NCBI GenBank assembly: GCA_037444445.1
Contig: JBBIMK010000025.1
Span: 1 to 26,642 of the forward strand
Direction: 5' to 3'
DNA: 26,642 nt
From: a bacterium
Lineage (GTDB): Bacteria; UBP7; UBA6624; JBBIMK01
Part shown: one piece after another, positions 26,294 through 26,642 of the stretch
Position numbering within the stretch: the stretch's first letter is position 1
How the letters are laid out: every line of letters begins with the position of its first letter
Notes under the pieces: model-generated
What the model was told of the DNA's origin: nothing
The model's input: only the letters and a program-made list of their open reading frames with translations
Databases searched by the model: none
Position numbers and translations under genes: made by a program

Positions 26294-26569
26294 CTAATGT
26301 TCAGTCAATTCCTCCAGGTCGTCTTCGGAAATCCCGGGTTCTATATCCTCCATATCCTCTTCCTCATTGCAGTCCAATGCCCACCAGATTTCTTTCTCGG
26401 CACATTCCTGACAGATGATTTTCAGGTTCAATTTTTCCTGGAGTTTGAGGCTTGTCATAGTAATCCAAACCAGTGAGTGGCACGATGAACACAGCCTCTG
26501 CTCGGAAGAAACAGATGGGAAAAGCAGCCGTGTAACTCTCACACAAACAATTACCTCATATTCAGTCAT
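26294..26569 (-). CDS. Hypothetical small Cys-rich protein with an acidic C-terminal tail
   Basis: AAGGAGG lies 8 nt before ATG 26569. It has CxxC pairs (CSSC, CQEC) and the tail EEEDMEDIEPGISEDDLEELTEH. The ORF track start at 26587 is also possible. I recognise no family. Confidence 0.45.
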   Translation of the reverse strand: MTEYEVIVCVRVTRLLFPSVSSEQRLCSSCHSLVWITMTSLKLQEKLNLKIICQECAEKEIWWALDCNEEEDMEDIEPGISEDDLEELTEH

Positions 26570-26603
26570 TACATACGCCTCCTTCATTCGCCCTCGCCTG
26601 CCC

Positions 26604-26642
26604 GTTTCAATCCTCTCTCGCCCCCTGGGACGAGAGCAATTC
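26604..26642 (-). repeat. Single CRISPR-like repeat unit truncated by the window edge
   Basis: The minus strand reads ...GCTCTCGTCCCAGGGGGCGAGAGAGGATTGAAAC. It has a 6-bp stem (CTCTCG/CGAGAG) followed by an 11-nt tail ending in ATTGAAAC, as in type I-C-like repeats. Only one full unit is visible. Confidence 0.3.

Noticed and set aside
26248-26642. Calling an actual CRISPR array within the window.
   Set aside because: Only one full-length unit and one 14-nt partial copy are visible. They lie 355 nt apart with an ORF between them, which is not the 60-75 nt periodicity of an array. It is kept only as an edge observation.

Overview
This 26.6-kb window is mostly chromosomal housekeeping DNA from a diderm bacterium, since a lipid A late acyltransferase gene and kdsA are both present. 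I cannot assign a taxon from sequence alone. I support 24 protein-coding genes, 18 of them on the + strand. In order they are: a PPC/DUF296 protein, a secreted alpha/beta hydrolase, a 120-aa unknown, CcdA, an Slt70-like lytic transglycosylase, and a DNA methyltransferase with a large unassigned C-terminal module. Next come a polyprenyl synthase, a 996-aa multidomain lipoprotein, a CopZ-like Fe-S/HMA metallochaperone, an OMP-like protein, OsmC, a 2-hydroxyacid dehydrogenase, a lipid A acyltransferase, KdsA and an aldo/keto reductase. The remainder are a pilin-like protein, RsmA, a membrane-anchored unknown, an M16 peptidase pair, PurA, a DUF4870 protein, an M20 peptidase and a small Cys-rich ORF. 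I found no rRNA, tRNA, integrase, transposase or in-window CRISPR array, and I do not see a complete multi-gene novel system. Four items deserve a second look. (1) The methyltransferase is fused to a ~360-aa uncharacterised domain and has no partner nuclease gene. (2) A 420-nt gap between convergent genes contains a ~55-nt patch about 80% identical to the 5' part of the neighbouring CopZ-like gene. (3) A sequence at the extreme right edge has the architecture of a CRISPR repeat, and an orphan 14-nt copy lies 355 nt away. (4) The large lipoprotein has a C-terminal domain of about 415 aa that I cannot place. Several genes sit directly behind TGnTATAAT boxes with no Shine-Dalgarno, which suggests leaderless or near-leaderless mRNAs, while others have strong GGAGG sites. 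All family assignments come from motif recognition by eye; no searches were run.
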